From Catajapyx aquilonaris (taxonomy: Eukaryota): 54,870 nt of DNA. Location: NCBI GenBank assembly GCA_000934665.2, contig KZ538669.1, forward strand, positions 1-54,870, read 5' to 3'. The stretch's first letter is position 1. Each line of letters begins with the position of its first letter. The notes under the pieces are model-generated. The model was not told where the DNA came from. It was given only the letters and a program-made list of their open reading frames with translations, and did no database searches. Below, piece after piece: positions 17,045 through 31,369 of this stretch. The position numbers and the translations under genes were made by a program.

Positions 17045-18014
17045 ATAATTCCTCCAGGCAAAAATATAAAATATTTCGTGTTTCTAATATTTCAAATATT
17101 TTCCTTCTTTGAAAATCAGACTTGATTACGAGTTAGTGCTTTCGATGCAAAGTGGCCAGACGACAGAAGTGTACCATCTAAAATGGAATGGTGCCTGCCT
17201 CATTCGGGCAGTTTGGAGGACTTCAGACATCCATTCACATTTAGGCTAATTGGAATTTTCAGATGGCGGTTCTTAACGCATTTTCTTTGTTCGCATTCAC
17301 AAAAACAATGCAAATGTAATGCTGCATATAGGACACCTTTAGCAATAATGGATGTCCCTGATTCCTATAAGCACGAGACGATAATCGTTGTCGATGTCGG
17401 AATATATAGACTGTGTCTTCACTGTCTTGTTCTCGTAGCAGTAGATAGAACTGTCAGGTGTGACTTGTGAAATTCGCATTGTAGCTCTAACACAGAACAA
17501 GTTAACAAACCTACTTTAGGCGAGACGTTAGATTCTAAGAATCTCATTTTGAAACGGGATATAAGTATTTCCATTAATTTTCTGAAGTGAGTATCTTTGA
17601 GACCAATTATTTCCAATGACGCACTTGAAGAGAACTAAAACTAAACTGATTTCATTTCAGTGATATACTAACAATAATAATTTAAAACCACTGCAGCGTG
17701 TTCCTAAATGATGCTGGTCTGATTTTACGTAGTTTAGTCGTATCTGGCGACGTCGCGTCGCACGCTGACTTACGGTGACAAAATAATGATACTTCCATCA
17801 GGATCAGTTTTTCCTGTTGGTGGCTGTAGAAAATCATAGCAGGCAAAAGTATGACATGCTAAAATCCTGTAGTAAAATATTCGAAGTTGCTATTGTTAAA
17901 CATTCTGTTGGATGGTGAAGAGGCTGGAATATGCGTGATCCCCCCCCCCCCCCCCCCCCCNAATTGAATTGCATCTTATGATTGTGTGCGCTCATGGTGG
18001 TGCAGTGTGATGTA

Positions 18015-18231
18015 CGCCCGCGAGCATAAACATGGAGACGGCAGCGGCAGGCCCTCACCTTCGGCAGGCTGCTCTGCCAATTGCAGCTATTACGGTATCA
18101 AATATAGTGTCATAAATACACGAACACACGCCTGATGCAGCTAACTCGGTCCAAAAAGAGTTCATTAATTTGAGTCGGATAAAGAAAGGTCAAAAAAGGG
18201 CCTGCCGTCTCCATCTTTATGCTCGCGGGGG
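18015..18231. mobile_element. Tc1/mariner-like MITE
   Basis: TA-flanked. CCCGCGAGCATAAACATGGAGACGGCAG is inverted at 18202-18229 with one mismatch. Confidence 0.75.
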
Positions 18232-18637
18232 TACCTTCAAATGCGTTTTCTGCTCTGGAAGAGGAAGGACGTGTGTCATAGATCTGCATATTACAGCGAG
18301 GCAGGGGGGTCCGGGTCTAACAGGACCCATAGCAACCGAACACCCACATCTCCTGACAGGGTGCAATTCCCTGTCCATTTTCTCCGGAACATGATCCATC
18401 AAGATCAGCAAAAGGATGATCCACAAGTTCCAGTGATGCAAGGTAACACTAACACATAAGAAACAGTGTGAAACCCATGCAAGCGACTGTTTTCTCAATT
18501 GGCGCTTGCCATGTTGAAACGAGATTCAATCGGTTAGAACAGTTCATATCATACATTGCAGAAAATTTGACAACGACAACCTAATTTTCAAATATATCTC
18601 CGACTCCGACTATATAATATAAATTACTAGGACAGTA

Positions 18638-18919
18638 CCGAAGCAGTGGTGGCGGAGGGGATATGGTATCCGACTGCTAATCGGGAGGTCCTGGGTTCGA
18701 ATCCCGGTGCCGGCAACTCTAACCGTGGTTTTCTGTGGTTTCCCACGGTTCCTCCAGGAGAATTCCGGAGTTGCTTCCTAAACTAATAGGCCACAGCCGC
18801 CTCCTTCCTTTCCTATCCCATCCCAAAATGCGCAGTAAAAACGAAACGAAGAGTTCCAGTCAAAAAAAAAATATATCCCCCCTAAAGAGCCGCCGGCTGA
18901 TAATGGGGTATGAATTATT
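18638..18919 (+). mobile_element. Full-length tRNA-derived SINE with perfect 16-bp TSD
   Basis: TSD AATTACTAGGACAGTA at 18622-18637 and 18920-18935; B box GGGTTCGAATCCC; body ...AGGCCACAGCCGCCTCCTTCC resembles arthropod SINE cores. Confidence 0.9.
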
Positions 18920-21900
18920 AATTACTAGGACAGTAGTTAGCAAGGAGCCGTTTTCCTGGTGAGGTCTTAGCGAATCGTGGCGAATAATATGCTATTTATG
19001 TAGGGCGCTCTTCAGAGTGCTGCCATCTGTCGCGTATTAGTTTCCACTCTTTTCCCGCCACGTATGACTTACGTATGTATTATTACGAAGGCTGCAGTCA
19101 CAACTGGACAGCAGAAAGATCACGCAAAAAGGCAATGGAAGGCACACTTAAGTATTGATCAGTTTTACCCCTCATTATTTATAATTGAACCTTATACGGT
19201 ATGGAATGTACAAATATTATTGGTGAGCATGAAATAGTTATGAAATGACTACCATCCATTATTCTAAAAGTAGCTCAATTGTGATATTTTCGATTACTTG
19301 CCATGAGGTCCATTTTGGTAACTCAAAATATCATGGAAATGTCAGGCCCCTCCGGATTATCCGGGGAAAACCTGAAAATTGTTGCGGAATGCAGGAAAAT
19401 GTTTGGCATGACTTATTCGTACCATTTAAGTTAAAAGCAGATCATTATTGAAATCCCAAGAAATTACAAAGCTCACAATGGGTGTGTGTGAGTGAATGTG
19501 TGTGTGATACATTTCCCTGCTCTGGGCCCACTCACACATGTTTGACGATGGCAAGCTTTCAATCAGGGGGCACCGGGGCTGCTATCGGAATGGCTTCTGC
19601 TGGCCACCAGCTCACAATTATGGTTCGGTCCAAATGTTTCCTGTTGTCCGGTCCTCCTCCTTCAATAGGTTGACTGGACGCCCGATCATTGGTGATAGGC
19701 AGCAGGCCATCTGGACCAAGTGGAATCGCGCCACAAACGCAACAATATTCACAATTTACCGGAAGGGAGGGGATATTTTACATTTTTTTATTTTTTATTT
19801 TGTTATTTTTGTATTTTTTTTAGCTTTACCCCATTAGAGGGAACAGAGCCCTTTTAGGGGGATGGAGTACCACCATTGGGGATATTTTACATTATAGCCC
19901 CAAAATTGTGGTAGAAACGAAACTAAACATTGCATTGTTCAGGAACAAACTCACACATTACAAACGAAAACAGATCAGCAAACGAGGAGTGTCAATTATA
20001 TTTTCTTAATCCCAATTATGGTGACCAACTGCCCTAACCAACCCAACGCCACCAGGGGCTGGGCAGCACTCTGCCTAAGTGAAAAGTTACATCTTCTTAG
20101 ATGGAGAGCCTCACCCCAACTGTCCAATTCTCGGAGCTTCTTTTTCCAGTCTCGCTCAAACTATCCGGAGTGACTAGAATGAATTCATTGGTCAAAAATT
20201 AAATATAAATTATTAACCTGGTTGGTCAAAGATGACCGCATCAGCTACGTACATACATTACTGACTCTTATTGGCTTTTGAGCGACAACAAGACAGCAAC
20301 ATAACCCGTAATAGTACAAGGGTAAACATTCCACACTGCCTCATGCTGCACAAAAGTCCTGATGTCAGCAGGAGCGAGGCAAAAATGAGGAATGTTGGTT
20401 GGGAGGAACTAACGTGGCAAAAAGGGAAGAAGAGTAACATCTACTGGACGGCTAATTATTATCAGGGGCAATCGATTAATCAGGGCATGACCCAGGTCAT
20501 GACAGTACCAAAAGGAAGCTGCAATTTTTACTATAAACTATAAGTTGTCCCTATAGACTAATCATCTCTGTATAATCCAAATTTTAGTATATGTACTGCC
20601 AGAGCTAGTACAATGTCCCTCTAGGTTTTATTCGAAATGTTTCCAGTTGGTTGTCGATACGCCATCTAACGCCTCACACTAACGACATTAAGTACGGTTT
20701 ATGAACACACTAACACCGCATCTAAATACCACCACTTATGGAAAATACCACAGCACACAACATAATACTTAAAATGATCAAATCTTTTAAATAATCAATA
20801 TTATGCACAGAAACCCTTATAATCTGGATGCTGCGCAGTGGATAGGTATCAGAAGACGTATTTGAATGAACTGAGCATCCTCACCCGCAAAGGGAAAATG
20901 GTTGAGCCGTTTATTGAGGGACTCCCCGCCCCTCCTCTCCCCAATCCCTCCCTCTACCCGCCTTTCATATTGATCACTTTTGCTTTTGCACAGCAGCGCT
21001 GGAAAACGAGGGAGCAGCAGCTGTGGAGGAATCGACGCCATCTTGTAAGCTGCTCCAAGTCAAAGTCTCAGGACGAAGTCCTCATTCGCACACTAAAAAG
21101 GGCCTCCAAATTTTACAACAATACTCATGAAGTAGCAGCCAATAGCTAGCTGAGTCAGCCTAAGGACAAGTTACCTCCAACAATAAGAAGGATCTGAAAA
21201 GGTAAGGTTGATCTTGTGATCTGCAGACATGGGTTTTGCCATATTGGAACCATTGAATTGTTGGGTGACAAGTGGGACTCAAGTACAGATTGGTCTTCAC
21301 AAGTAGAGATAGGTAGGTAATAATGTGTGTGTGTGTGTGTGAAAGAGACGCCATATGTTGTCAGAGATAGCTGATTTAATTGTCCTTATGGGGTTTTGAG
21401 TCTCGTCTGCATCCTCCAGCAGTAATGTACATAAGGACATTGCAGGGTGTGTGGGCAAATGCATGCAGTTAAGTCTGGTTCCTGTTAGGTTTTAGGGTCG
21501 AGTTATTGTTACAGAAATATTTACATGAACTCTTGATTTAATGTTAGTTAGCGTTAATGTGCGTACCGGTGATTCCAAAGAGCTGATTTGATAGAAGTCA
21601 GTGTGTTGTGTTTGGATGGAAGAGAAAGACAGAAGTTCTCTGTGTCCTTACTGGAACCAACCTTCACTTCAGTTGTCACTAACAGCCGAGGTCCATAAAA
21701 CCGGTCTTAATGGCAGCAGTTAATATCTCATAATACACATTATGCAAATACAATTTCTTTTCAATACCAACTTATCTTTAGACAAGCATAGCAAGAAAAG
21801 TTATTGTAGTGCATATATGGCTGAAGTTTATGAACATCACTTACCCGTAGTCCATAAGACAGAACTACACGTATATGCAACATCTTCACAAAATTGGGTA

Positions 21901-23980
21901 GAATCATTGTGGATCTAGATAGTAACAAAGTTGACAACTGCAATAAAAGTCAAAACCTGAATATTATTGTAAAGTGCCGTAAGTATTTCATATTTTTGAA
22001 TTTTGAATATGTAAGAGAATCGGCGAATTGATACAGTTTGCTACTGTTAGATTCGGCTACAACCAGAACAGTTCCAACTTAAGTCGCTAAGGGCAAATAT
22101 GTTATGGCTTTCTCTCTCTCCGAAAATTTATAACTTGGATTGCTTTGCCACAAGGCCTTCAAATTAGTTTGAAAGTTTTCACACAATTGTTCTAAACGTC
22201 ATACTTGTAGAACTTTGCTGCCGGCGTCATAAATCGTCGCAATCTGGTACCCTAGAGCTCTAGACATAAAGCTTGTAGATCACCTGATTATGACTAATAT
22301 GTCAAGTTTCTCTACTTGAAGTATTATAAGAAGGCCCACATATTATTATACAGTATTTCTATACACTGTGCAATATTTTACTGCACATTAATATTGTTCT
22401 ACTCTATGTGAGTTGGAACCGATCACTGTCGGTGGAATACTGCAATAGAACGTCCAAGCCCGTAGGATTATGAACTCTGGTCAGTAGTGCACATCTGACC
22501 AACCACTATTGTGCAGTGTTGACAGATGGTGGGCGGATCACACAAATCTGGAAACAAAAGAGGAAAGATAACACCACCCACCCCAACCAACACTATCATA
22601 TGCAGGTTACAACATGTGTTAAATATAACTGCAGACGTAGTACTGTACACTCGCTGTTACTGACTATTGAAGCCATCCATATGGTTCCAATGGCGACCAT
22701 ATTTGCTGCTTCATAATCATATGAGAGACATCATAGTCGCAGTGAGTGAGGATTGGTCGTTTATACCTCACATGTTTGATGACACCTTCAGGACGATGAT
22801 GGACTGTGACAGCCGGGTAAAGTGTCATTCATCTTTTGTTTTCAGGCTTGTGTGACCTGCGCTATCTTGTGTCAATACTGCATGATTTTTCGACCTCGCT
22901 ACCTTACCATTAATATTTAAAATTAATTTTCTATTATCATGTATTTCCATGATAAATCGCGATCACCTGGTATTACAATCATGCGGCTTTCGTCGCGTCG
23001 GCAGGCAATGTATTCACGACATGGAAAAAACCTAAGCTTCAGGTGCACTGATTTCAATATAATTTATTGTAAGTATAAGAACATGACCGATCATTGGTAA
23101 TACCGGCACTAAAGAATTTAAAAATAGATCCCAATTAATGCACTCTTATGCACATGAAACCCATATTTCATGCTCATTCGCAAAGTACAAGCCATTAATA
23201 ACACACTGTATCGCAATTACGTACCAATTTAATGATACATATATATTTGGCACGTCGCGTCGTCAGTACAATTACGGTCCTTTCATTCAAACATTGCTCT
23301 TGCAATTTTTTTTGACGGGACTTAATTTGAAAAGTCCATCAGCTTCCGCAGAGAGTAGTGTATGGGTAATGAAGGTCTCTAATTAGACTTGCAATAGAGC
23401 GCCAAAAGTCATCCGGAGAGCAATCAGAGCAGTTTAGCGGCTTTGCGAAGTGAGTCGCGTCGGAATAGTCTTCAATTTCCTTTTACATCAATATGTTGAC
23501 CTTCACTCAGGGATCAACGTTAATTCTACTTATACTCTTTTTCAGAGTTATTTTTTTCGCACCGATTCGACTATTACACCACATTAAATAGATCATGCTT
23601 AAATGGCCTTCGGCTTATTTTTCGTGAGGTTTCGATCTCATAGATTTAAAATGCAGAGTTTTTATCAAATAGTTGGATAGAATACCTATTTTTTTCCAGC
23701 GTTGATGAATTTCAACATTCTTGTCATGGCCGGAGGGTAGAGGAATATAGAGATGTTTAAAATTCCGGTCCATGTAGTGTATTAATTAGATGGAAAATTC
23801 AACTCTGGATGTTAGGCTATTTTTAGTTCTATTGCGCCAGAATTCCTCTTCCATAATATTGCACGATGTAGCGGAAAGCATCAAAAATGCAGACACACTG
23901 CCAGGTAGCCACTACGGTATACTGTCGTTGCTGGGATCATGAAAATATCTCACTCGTGCAGTGTCTTGTTGCATCAAATA

Positions 23981-24037
23981 ATTATTTTTCACTATCACCT
24001 CCTAAAAACATTCTAGGAGGTGATAGTGAAAAATAAT
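23981..24037. repeat. Perfect 24-bp inverted repeat with 9-nt loop
   Basis: ATTATTTTTCACTATCACCTCCTA-aaaacattc-TAGGAGGTGATAGTGAAAAATAAT. Confidence 0.9.
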
Positions 24038-26270
24038 AGCAGAAATATACCTTTCTAGTAGAAAGCTGCAATTATTGTAAAAAGCTTTGTACTCAAACTC
24101 CAAGATGAAAAATACGCAGTAGTTACATAAACCAAATGAGTACAGGTGGTTTTACATACTTCCTCAATAAAATGTCTAACGACATGCACTGTGGGTAAGT
24201 TAGATTAGATATTAAACATCAGTTCAGATACAACAGAAACTAGTTGTGCTTCATTAAATAGTAGTTTATATTCTATTACTTTAGCCGTAGCATGTTGACA
24301 TATATTTCGAATATAATTCAAGGTCTCAGGTTGTACTGTTCATAACACGCGGGTTTTGCTCCGGAAATTAAAGGCAACTCATTAATAATAACTGCCCTTC
24401 AGCAGTAAAAATAGGAAGGCTTACAACTGCTTTGCATGGTTTCACTATTAATACTGTCGGAACTAAATTAGGGCACTTGGTACGAGTTTATACGTGAAAA
24501 ATTAACGTGTGGACACATATGTATCTGTCTCACTGCAATGCCATCTTACGAGAAAAGCTTTCGTGTGACCAGAGTGGCACAAATAAAAGAGCGTGGATTG
24601 GTCAAAAAGGCAAAAGTCAAGAGGTAAGTTCAACACATGCCAGCCGCTATCGATTCTAGTATTGGGAAATTATAGCCTGCGGTGCTCGGGTCCACCTTGG
24701 CCCTTACCAAAAAAAAAATCGCGTATCTCCTCCCTGTTGTGTCAGGCCTGGCTTATATATATTCGCAATAATCTATATCATAAACAACATATTTCAATCT
24801 CGAAAAAAAAAGAACCGGTTATGTCCTCGAACTTGAGTGGGGTGCCATATTACTGGGCGCCATTTTCCGGGAGCCACGAAACGTGACGCGATGCATAATT
24901 CTCTGGCTAGATGCCAGATGACTCTCTTACTCTTACGTCACAGCTGCAGTGGACTGTCTGTACCGTGGCAGGCACTTTTTGGCGAATGACATCTTTATAA
25001 CAGTCTCGATGGACTTGCTTTATTTAGCAGGTGTCGCCAATATATTGTCCAAGGATTACTTTTAAAACAGTTCTTTTTCTCGATGAGTGCATGAGTGTAT
25101 ATATAGCTCAATAGACAATGTAGTAATGTCATATTTGTGACGCGTTTTTAAGACATGTACAAAATATTAGGCAAGTTTCTGTCTGAAATATATCGTGAGA
25201 AAACGGCATCTGGAGAGCAACAAAAACACCTTTACAGCTCTCTAAGTATAGGCCATGTTATAGCAATAAAAATGATGTATGAGTATTGGTTGCTATGACC
25301 ATTTTGGAGATGAACAGGGAACATTTCTTTTCCTGTTACTATCTGTCTTCATGCACGAATTCCAATATCTCTCGTGTTACCGTGGGCGTTGCTTCAATTC
25401 CATGAATGGTGCTCGCTTCTAAAAAGAAGGCGTCAAAGAAGTTCAAAGGGATTTTGATCAGTGGAAGTAAGGTTATGCATGCAGGTTGCACTATTGGCAT
25501 ATACTCATACAATAATATTTGTCAGGCTTCGTCTCCGGACTATAAAAGACATCACTTTCCGGATGAAGAAAACTTGGGTTGGTATAGGATGTTAAAAATG
25601 AAGCCACTCAAAAAGTTAGTGCTTGCGGTCTTTACGTTCCAGAAACTTTTCTGATTCTGAAATATCTGTTTTTATTGTCTACTAAAACAGAACTGCAAAC
25701 TTTGAAATCACGATTGCAGGTGTACAAAACGGATAAACTCATACCGGTACTGTATTGTTGTGCATCACAGCATGCAAAGCGCATTTTAAATATACAAGGG
25801 TTCTAGCTTCTTTATTCAGTAGCTAATCGGATTTCACCTATGGCCTTCATACACGAACAAACACAAAATGTCAAAATAAAGTCAAATGTCATTTAATAAA
25901 TGCAAAACAGCGTCATTCTAACTGTATAATCAGCCGAATGCATTAATACGCTGCATTTTAACAGTCATGCCATTTTCATCATGGACATAACTGCAGTGAT
26001 GTATATAGTGTTGTGCTGGCAAGAACACAGAATAGCGCCAAATGTCGCACTACGTCTCTCTACAGAACAGTTAGAACTTGCCAACTGAATTGCATTACAC
26101 GCACTGTCATCTTGGCAACCACCTACATTTCCTAACCTTATTAAGAACCCCTCTGACTGCAACACGACGTCAAATTTTCATCTCAAATCTAAATCCAAAT
26201 GGAGATGCATCACACGCGCAAGGGGGTCCAGTGGTCAATAAGTCTGTTTCTCCCCCCCCCCCCCCCCCCC

Positions 26271-26608
26271 NNNNNNNNNNNNNNNNNNNNNNNNNNNNNN
26301 NNNNNNNNNNNNNNNNNNNNNNNNNNNNNNNNNNNNNNNNNNNNNNNNNNNNNNNNNNNNNNNNNNNNNNNNNNNNNNNNNNNNNNNNNNNNNNNNNNNN
26401 NNNNNNNNNNNNNNNNNNNNNNNNNNNNNNNNNNNNNNNNNNNNNNNNNNNNNNNNNNNNNNNNNNNNNNNNNNNNNNNNNNNNNNNNNNNNNNNNNNNN
26501 NNNNNNNNNNNNNNNNNNNNNNNNNNNNNNNNNNNNNNNNNNNNNNNNNNNNNNNNNNNNNNNNNNNNNNNNNNNNNNNNNNNNNNNNNNNNNNNNNNNN
26601 NNNNNNNN
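26271..26608. other. Assembly gap (338 N) flanked by poly-C and poly-G
   Basis: Run of N directly visible. Confidence 0.99.
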
Positions 26609-29600
26609 GGGGGGGGGGGTACTTAACCTATTGCTTTTAAGCTTGCAATCGAGATACTGTACAAGGAGGGAAAGTAATGGTGTATGTAAATTGTGAGAGT
26701 TTGACTCCAGGGCAGAAATATTATATGGAGTTTTAGGTTCCAGACTTGCGAGTCTGAGGCGTGGCATTTCCTGCGGCCATCCTGAAGGTTTCTTCAAAAT
26801 ATTTTGGCCACTGACGAGTCTATGAGAAAAATATATATATAGATGGCTGTAAAACGTACGTCTATCCAAACCCATTTTTGACAGATAGCACAGCGATGTT
26901 GCGTCACATACGTATGAATAATAATTTCCACTTCAATCTATGGAACTGATACTCCAGAAGTTGATCATTTTGCTGCCAGTACAGTATAGGCATCTCGTCA
27001 ATGCTTTGATTTATAATACCCTACAGGCCTGCAGTATGCAGATCAAAACCGCCTTATTGATCATGCCCGTGTCAAAAAAAAAAAAAACCCTCTGCAATCT
27101 CAGCTTTCCAATTGGCTCTAGAAAGTGACACGTGGCATTTTTTTTAGCAAGGCCACCAATATTTGCCTAATGAATTCGCCAGCTTTCGACGATGCACTGT
27201 AATGAAGCCGGAATTGATGCCGTGCAACTCGATAGCTGAATTGCAGTGACAAACTTATCGCGTTACGCCAAAATGTTTCATTAATGCGAATTATTTGACT
27301 CGCAGAAAAGCCAGTCGGAAATTGGCACTAGAAAGTTCACGTGTGCGGGCAAATGCGTGTGTGTACACTTTCAGTTAACGATCGTCTTGGGTTTGGCCGT
27401 TTTCCTCTTCGTGTCTATCTAAATAAAGCTCGACTCCGTTGGGGATCGATAGACCCTACTATTGACGTGAATGCACTCCATTCTATTCCTTCATCCACGC
27501 CCGAACACTGACGATTCAAATTAGGTTCGGGTATACTCGGTTTTAATACCTTCTAATTGTTGTCCACAATTAGCCGGTTACATTTTACTGGTCTAAGTTA
27601 ATACCAATTTTAGGTCACAATTTAGGCGACATTTTCAAACTAAAGGTTAATCAAACCCTAAGATCATGTTAATACAAAGTGTAATGAATAATCACAAAAT
27701 TAATAGAAGATTACCACACTGTAATTTGCAAGATTATTTACATGACATTAATTTTAGCACGGTAAATTGAAGGATTAAACTGCGCGCTAATCTAATATTT
27801 GTTTTAATTTATGTTACACGCGATTGTAATGGGTCCAAAATGTAACATGTAACCTACTACATAAAATTAAGAGGATTACACACTGTTGTTATGTTCGCCA
27901 TAAGCACATTAGTTTTGTACAAGCCTGGCAGATATGTACACGAATAACTCATCGCATTATTATTTGTGAATATGACTCGGGGGCGTCCCTCCAGATGCCT
28001 CTGCGTGTCGCAGAGTACACAAACCATTGTTCCTCTAGGTCTAGATTAAAATAAGCCTGGCATTCCCGACCTTACAATATTATTTGACATTGAAAATCTG
28101 CGCAGTACCTTTACATGGTCCTTGGCTACCAGTTTTTGGGAACCGGGTCTGCGCAGTTTTAGGTGGCCATGGATCCTGTCTGAGGCCACTAGGGCGCTGT
28201 ATACTCCCAGATCGATCTGGACTGCAACCCCCCCCCCCCCTACCCCCCTTGTTCCCATATACCCAAATGTGGGCCAAAAAAGGCCCTGCTCAATAGTGGC
28301 CCGATAGTCTTCCTACATCAAACATGTACCGGAACCTATAGAGCTGGATAACTATTAATCACACAGGAAGTTTTAGTGAGCTCATGGGCGTGTGTGTGCG
28401 TGACATGGTGACTTTTATCTAGTCGAGTGTGGACTGAAATGAAGGAAAGCTTGTCCATGGTTGTGGATTTTGTGTTGTGAAACAGGTTTCCGTGTTGGTG
28501 AGTTTGTATCCTAAAATTGATGTTTGAAATGATATTTATAAAGCTGGAAATATTATTCATAGCACAAGTTTTTAAAGTAAGATTAGACTGAATTTGGACT
28601 GTACATCCTGTGTATTTTGTGATAGGAAATATGGGACAGTTTTAGGCTTTACATATACGTATGTGAAGTTTTGTTGCCTAACTGCGGCAACTCTGGAAAG
28701 AAACTCTTATTGTCATATATATGACAAATATTTCAGATTTTTCTGTACAATTTTACCTGTAACATTCATTACAGTAGCGGCCCTTTTTTTCTATGAAACC
28801 AGAGAAGATGGGTGTTTGACACGAGAATTTTGTTACGTAATTTTTCATTATGGCGGAGGTTAATGTAGGTATTTAGTTGCAACGCGACATGAAGGTACTA
28901 TAGAGGTCAAGTAATTTTTAAATTGTGGCTCAGCTTATGGCAGGCTACCATCAACAGAGAAATGATACTCACAACCTATAGCAGGCCTTCGAACACTTCA
29001 AATTTTCCAGTTTTTTAACCAATAAGGTACAGGTTCTGAAATGAGTTAGTAAATGCCATACCAATTCAGGCAGTTATGGATAGGAAACTGCATTGCGAAT
29101 TGAATAAATTGGAGGAAAATTGATTGATGAGCCAACCTTTCATCCGGACAACATTTTTCAAACACCTCAGACACCAATACAGCACATACTGATGCGCATA
29201 ATCCACTTAATAAATCCCGGATGTACGCCAATAATTTTGCTCTTAATTTAGATTTTAATTCCGTCCCTTTGAAAATTACCCGCACAGCCGCATTAATTTT
29301 ACTGCAGCCTCCAATTACTCCAACTGACTCCACCATGCTGTAACAAATGTCGCTGATACACCATTGTCTTTAAATATATAATAGAAGTCTTACATTAGAG
29401 TCGGACGTTTCCTCTGGGGCCGTTGAAAGGTTAATCTTCACGCGTCCTTTGCAAAGCCTGCCGGGAACATGATAATTTCGATTGGAGCAAATGTTGCGTG
29501 CAGCGACACAGGAAACCAATTTGGACGACATTTCTCTGAATCTCCTACCATATTTACTCGTTGCTAACTTAAGTGACATCTTAAATGTACGATGATACTT

Positions 29601-30042
29601 TAGTACAGCACTTGACTAGTGTTAGGTCTGTTCTAGTATGAGATATTGGATGGGAAAAGGAATTGAATGTGTCGCAGGTGCAGAGTGGAGTCTGGGTCAT
29701 CTCTTTTCTTATTGGGTAGAAAATGGGACTCAGTTGGAATTCTGAGTGCACTTGTTCACTTTGGGCGGAGGCCGTATCGATTGGGGCATATATGGTTCTT
29801 TCTACGGCGGGAGGTTGGGCCTGTATTGGCTGTGAAAAGTTCTTGGTCACTTGACTATTGCCTGGTTTTCACATTGTCATGCACTATTTAGAACCTGTTG
29901 CGTAAACCCAGAGCTAAACCCAGACCAAATGGTGGGCATGCTATTAATATAGGATTAATGACTTGTTCTGGCTTTACCATCAATTGTGGGTCATAGTAAA
30001 TAAATAAATGCCTCTCCACAACGATTGATACCCAAACATGTA

Positions 30043-30449
30043 CTATAGGGCTCAAATTGTTTTGGCCACTTTATCCTGGTCTCGAAGCAACCCTTCACAC
30101 ACACACACCCACACTATGGGGACGTTGAAAACTCAACATTTCGAAGCTAGTGTAAACTAACCTAACCTAACCTAACCTAACCTAACCTATTCTAACTAAC
30201 GTAGGCTGAGAGAAATGGACATGGCCCCACTATAACAGTAACGTTCTGTGGTGTGTGAAGATGTGGGTACCCAAAATGTCCCCACAAGAGAAATTGTGGG
30301 GACAGTAGTCCCCACAGTTACAGTAAAAACACATACTTTCTGGCCCACAGCTTATTGAACACAAGAACACACTATCATCACTGTGGGGCCTGTGCGAAGG
30401 GTTGCTTCATGACCAGGATAAAGTGGCCAAAAGAATTTGAGCATCATAG
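30043..30449. mobile_element. MITE with about 55-bp TIRs and an internal (CCTAA)n tract
   Basis: TTTTGGCCACTTTATCCTGGTCTCGAAGCAACCCTTC is inverted near 30396-30434; CCTAA repeats at about 30156-30190; related to 39692-39833. Confidence 0.85.
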
Positions 30450-31320
30450 ACGTAAAAGCCCCATGTGGGTTATAATAAAGAACTCTCTTTTACCTCGTAC
30501 CTACGAGACCGAACGCACAGTAGACCCTATAGGAAATAGAAAAGTACACTCGAAGACTTTTCCCATTAGGGAGTTCTGGGTAATTGTTCGCGTCAATACC
30601 CGAGATGAAGTATATGCCTATTATTGTATATGTTAGGCTTCTGAGACGGAACGTTGGCTGGAATCTCAACAAGTGGAGGGAGGTTATTAATTAGCATACT
30701 TTCTCAAACTAGTTCAGACAAAGTAAACAATGAGGCTGAAAAATGCTTGCGGCTGTTGAGGTTAATGATATTCTGTGTAGAACCCTTTCAGACTGCACGG
30801 TACTGCATATTACAAAAATTTATCTACATTTTGCCTGTTATGAGAAGAACAACAGTTTTCAAGTATAATAGACGAAGCATGGGTATACATGCCTACTAAA
30901 AGCAGGAGACTAATGAGATCTAGTGCGTTGGAACGCATCTGAATTTTTTCCCCAGCAGTGCGTCCCTTGACGAGTAGCTTAAATGAATAATTAATTGCAT
31001 CAGTGCCGGTGTGCCTTTGGGGGCGAATAATTTGCAAGGCAAATATTTTGAGTCGAATTTAAACTCTAGAACAAAGTGGCACATTTATTAATAATGCCTC
31101 TGCGTCAGTATAGTTGAATTAAACATGTTTTCCCCCTACTGCATACAGTTACTGTGCTACTCAGATGCCACAATTAAGTTAAATACTGTAAGTTTGTCAT
31201 ATTTTGTACAGTAGTCACCTTTTACGTCATGAATATCTTCGCCTTTCTATACAGTTATTTGGCATTTACAAAAAGCACTTTTCCTATTCCGTAAATGACA
31301 AAAACAGTGCCATATTTCCA

Positions 31321-31322
<2 letters not shown>

Positions 31323-31367
<45 letters not shown>
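31323..31367. repeat. (AT)n microsatellite
   Basis: About 22 AT units. Confidence 0.98.

Positions 31368-31369
<2 letters not shown>

Noticed and set aside
18232..18500. 93-aa minus-strand ORF ending at an apparent donor
   Set aside because: The apparent donor is the terminus of the adjacent MITE; no partner exons or known motifs were found.
18642..18715. tRNA-Ser(GCT) gene
   Set aside because: No long variable arm, the acceptor stem does not pair, and it is the head of a TSD-flanked SINE.
19480..21450. Possible decayed retroelement or gene (GC-richer patches, CAAGATGGCG motif on the minus strand)
   Set aside because: No RT, endonuclease, gag or other recognisable motif was seen in any frame.
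26078..26875. Long ORFs of 165-221 aa in the ORF track
   Set aside because: Artefacts of translating through the 338-N gap and homopolymers.
27370..27530. Non-coding first exon of Syt1 (Inr-like TCAGTT, donor-like AG|GTTCGG)
   Set aside because: An upstream exon must exist because of the acceptor at 32187, but these motifs are too weak to place it without transcript data.
30156..30190. True telomere or chromosome-fusion scar
   Set aside because: Only about six units, and enclosed by MITE TIRs.
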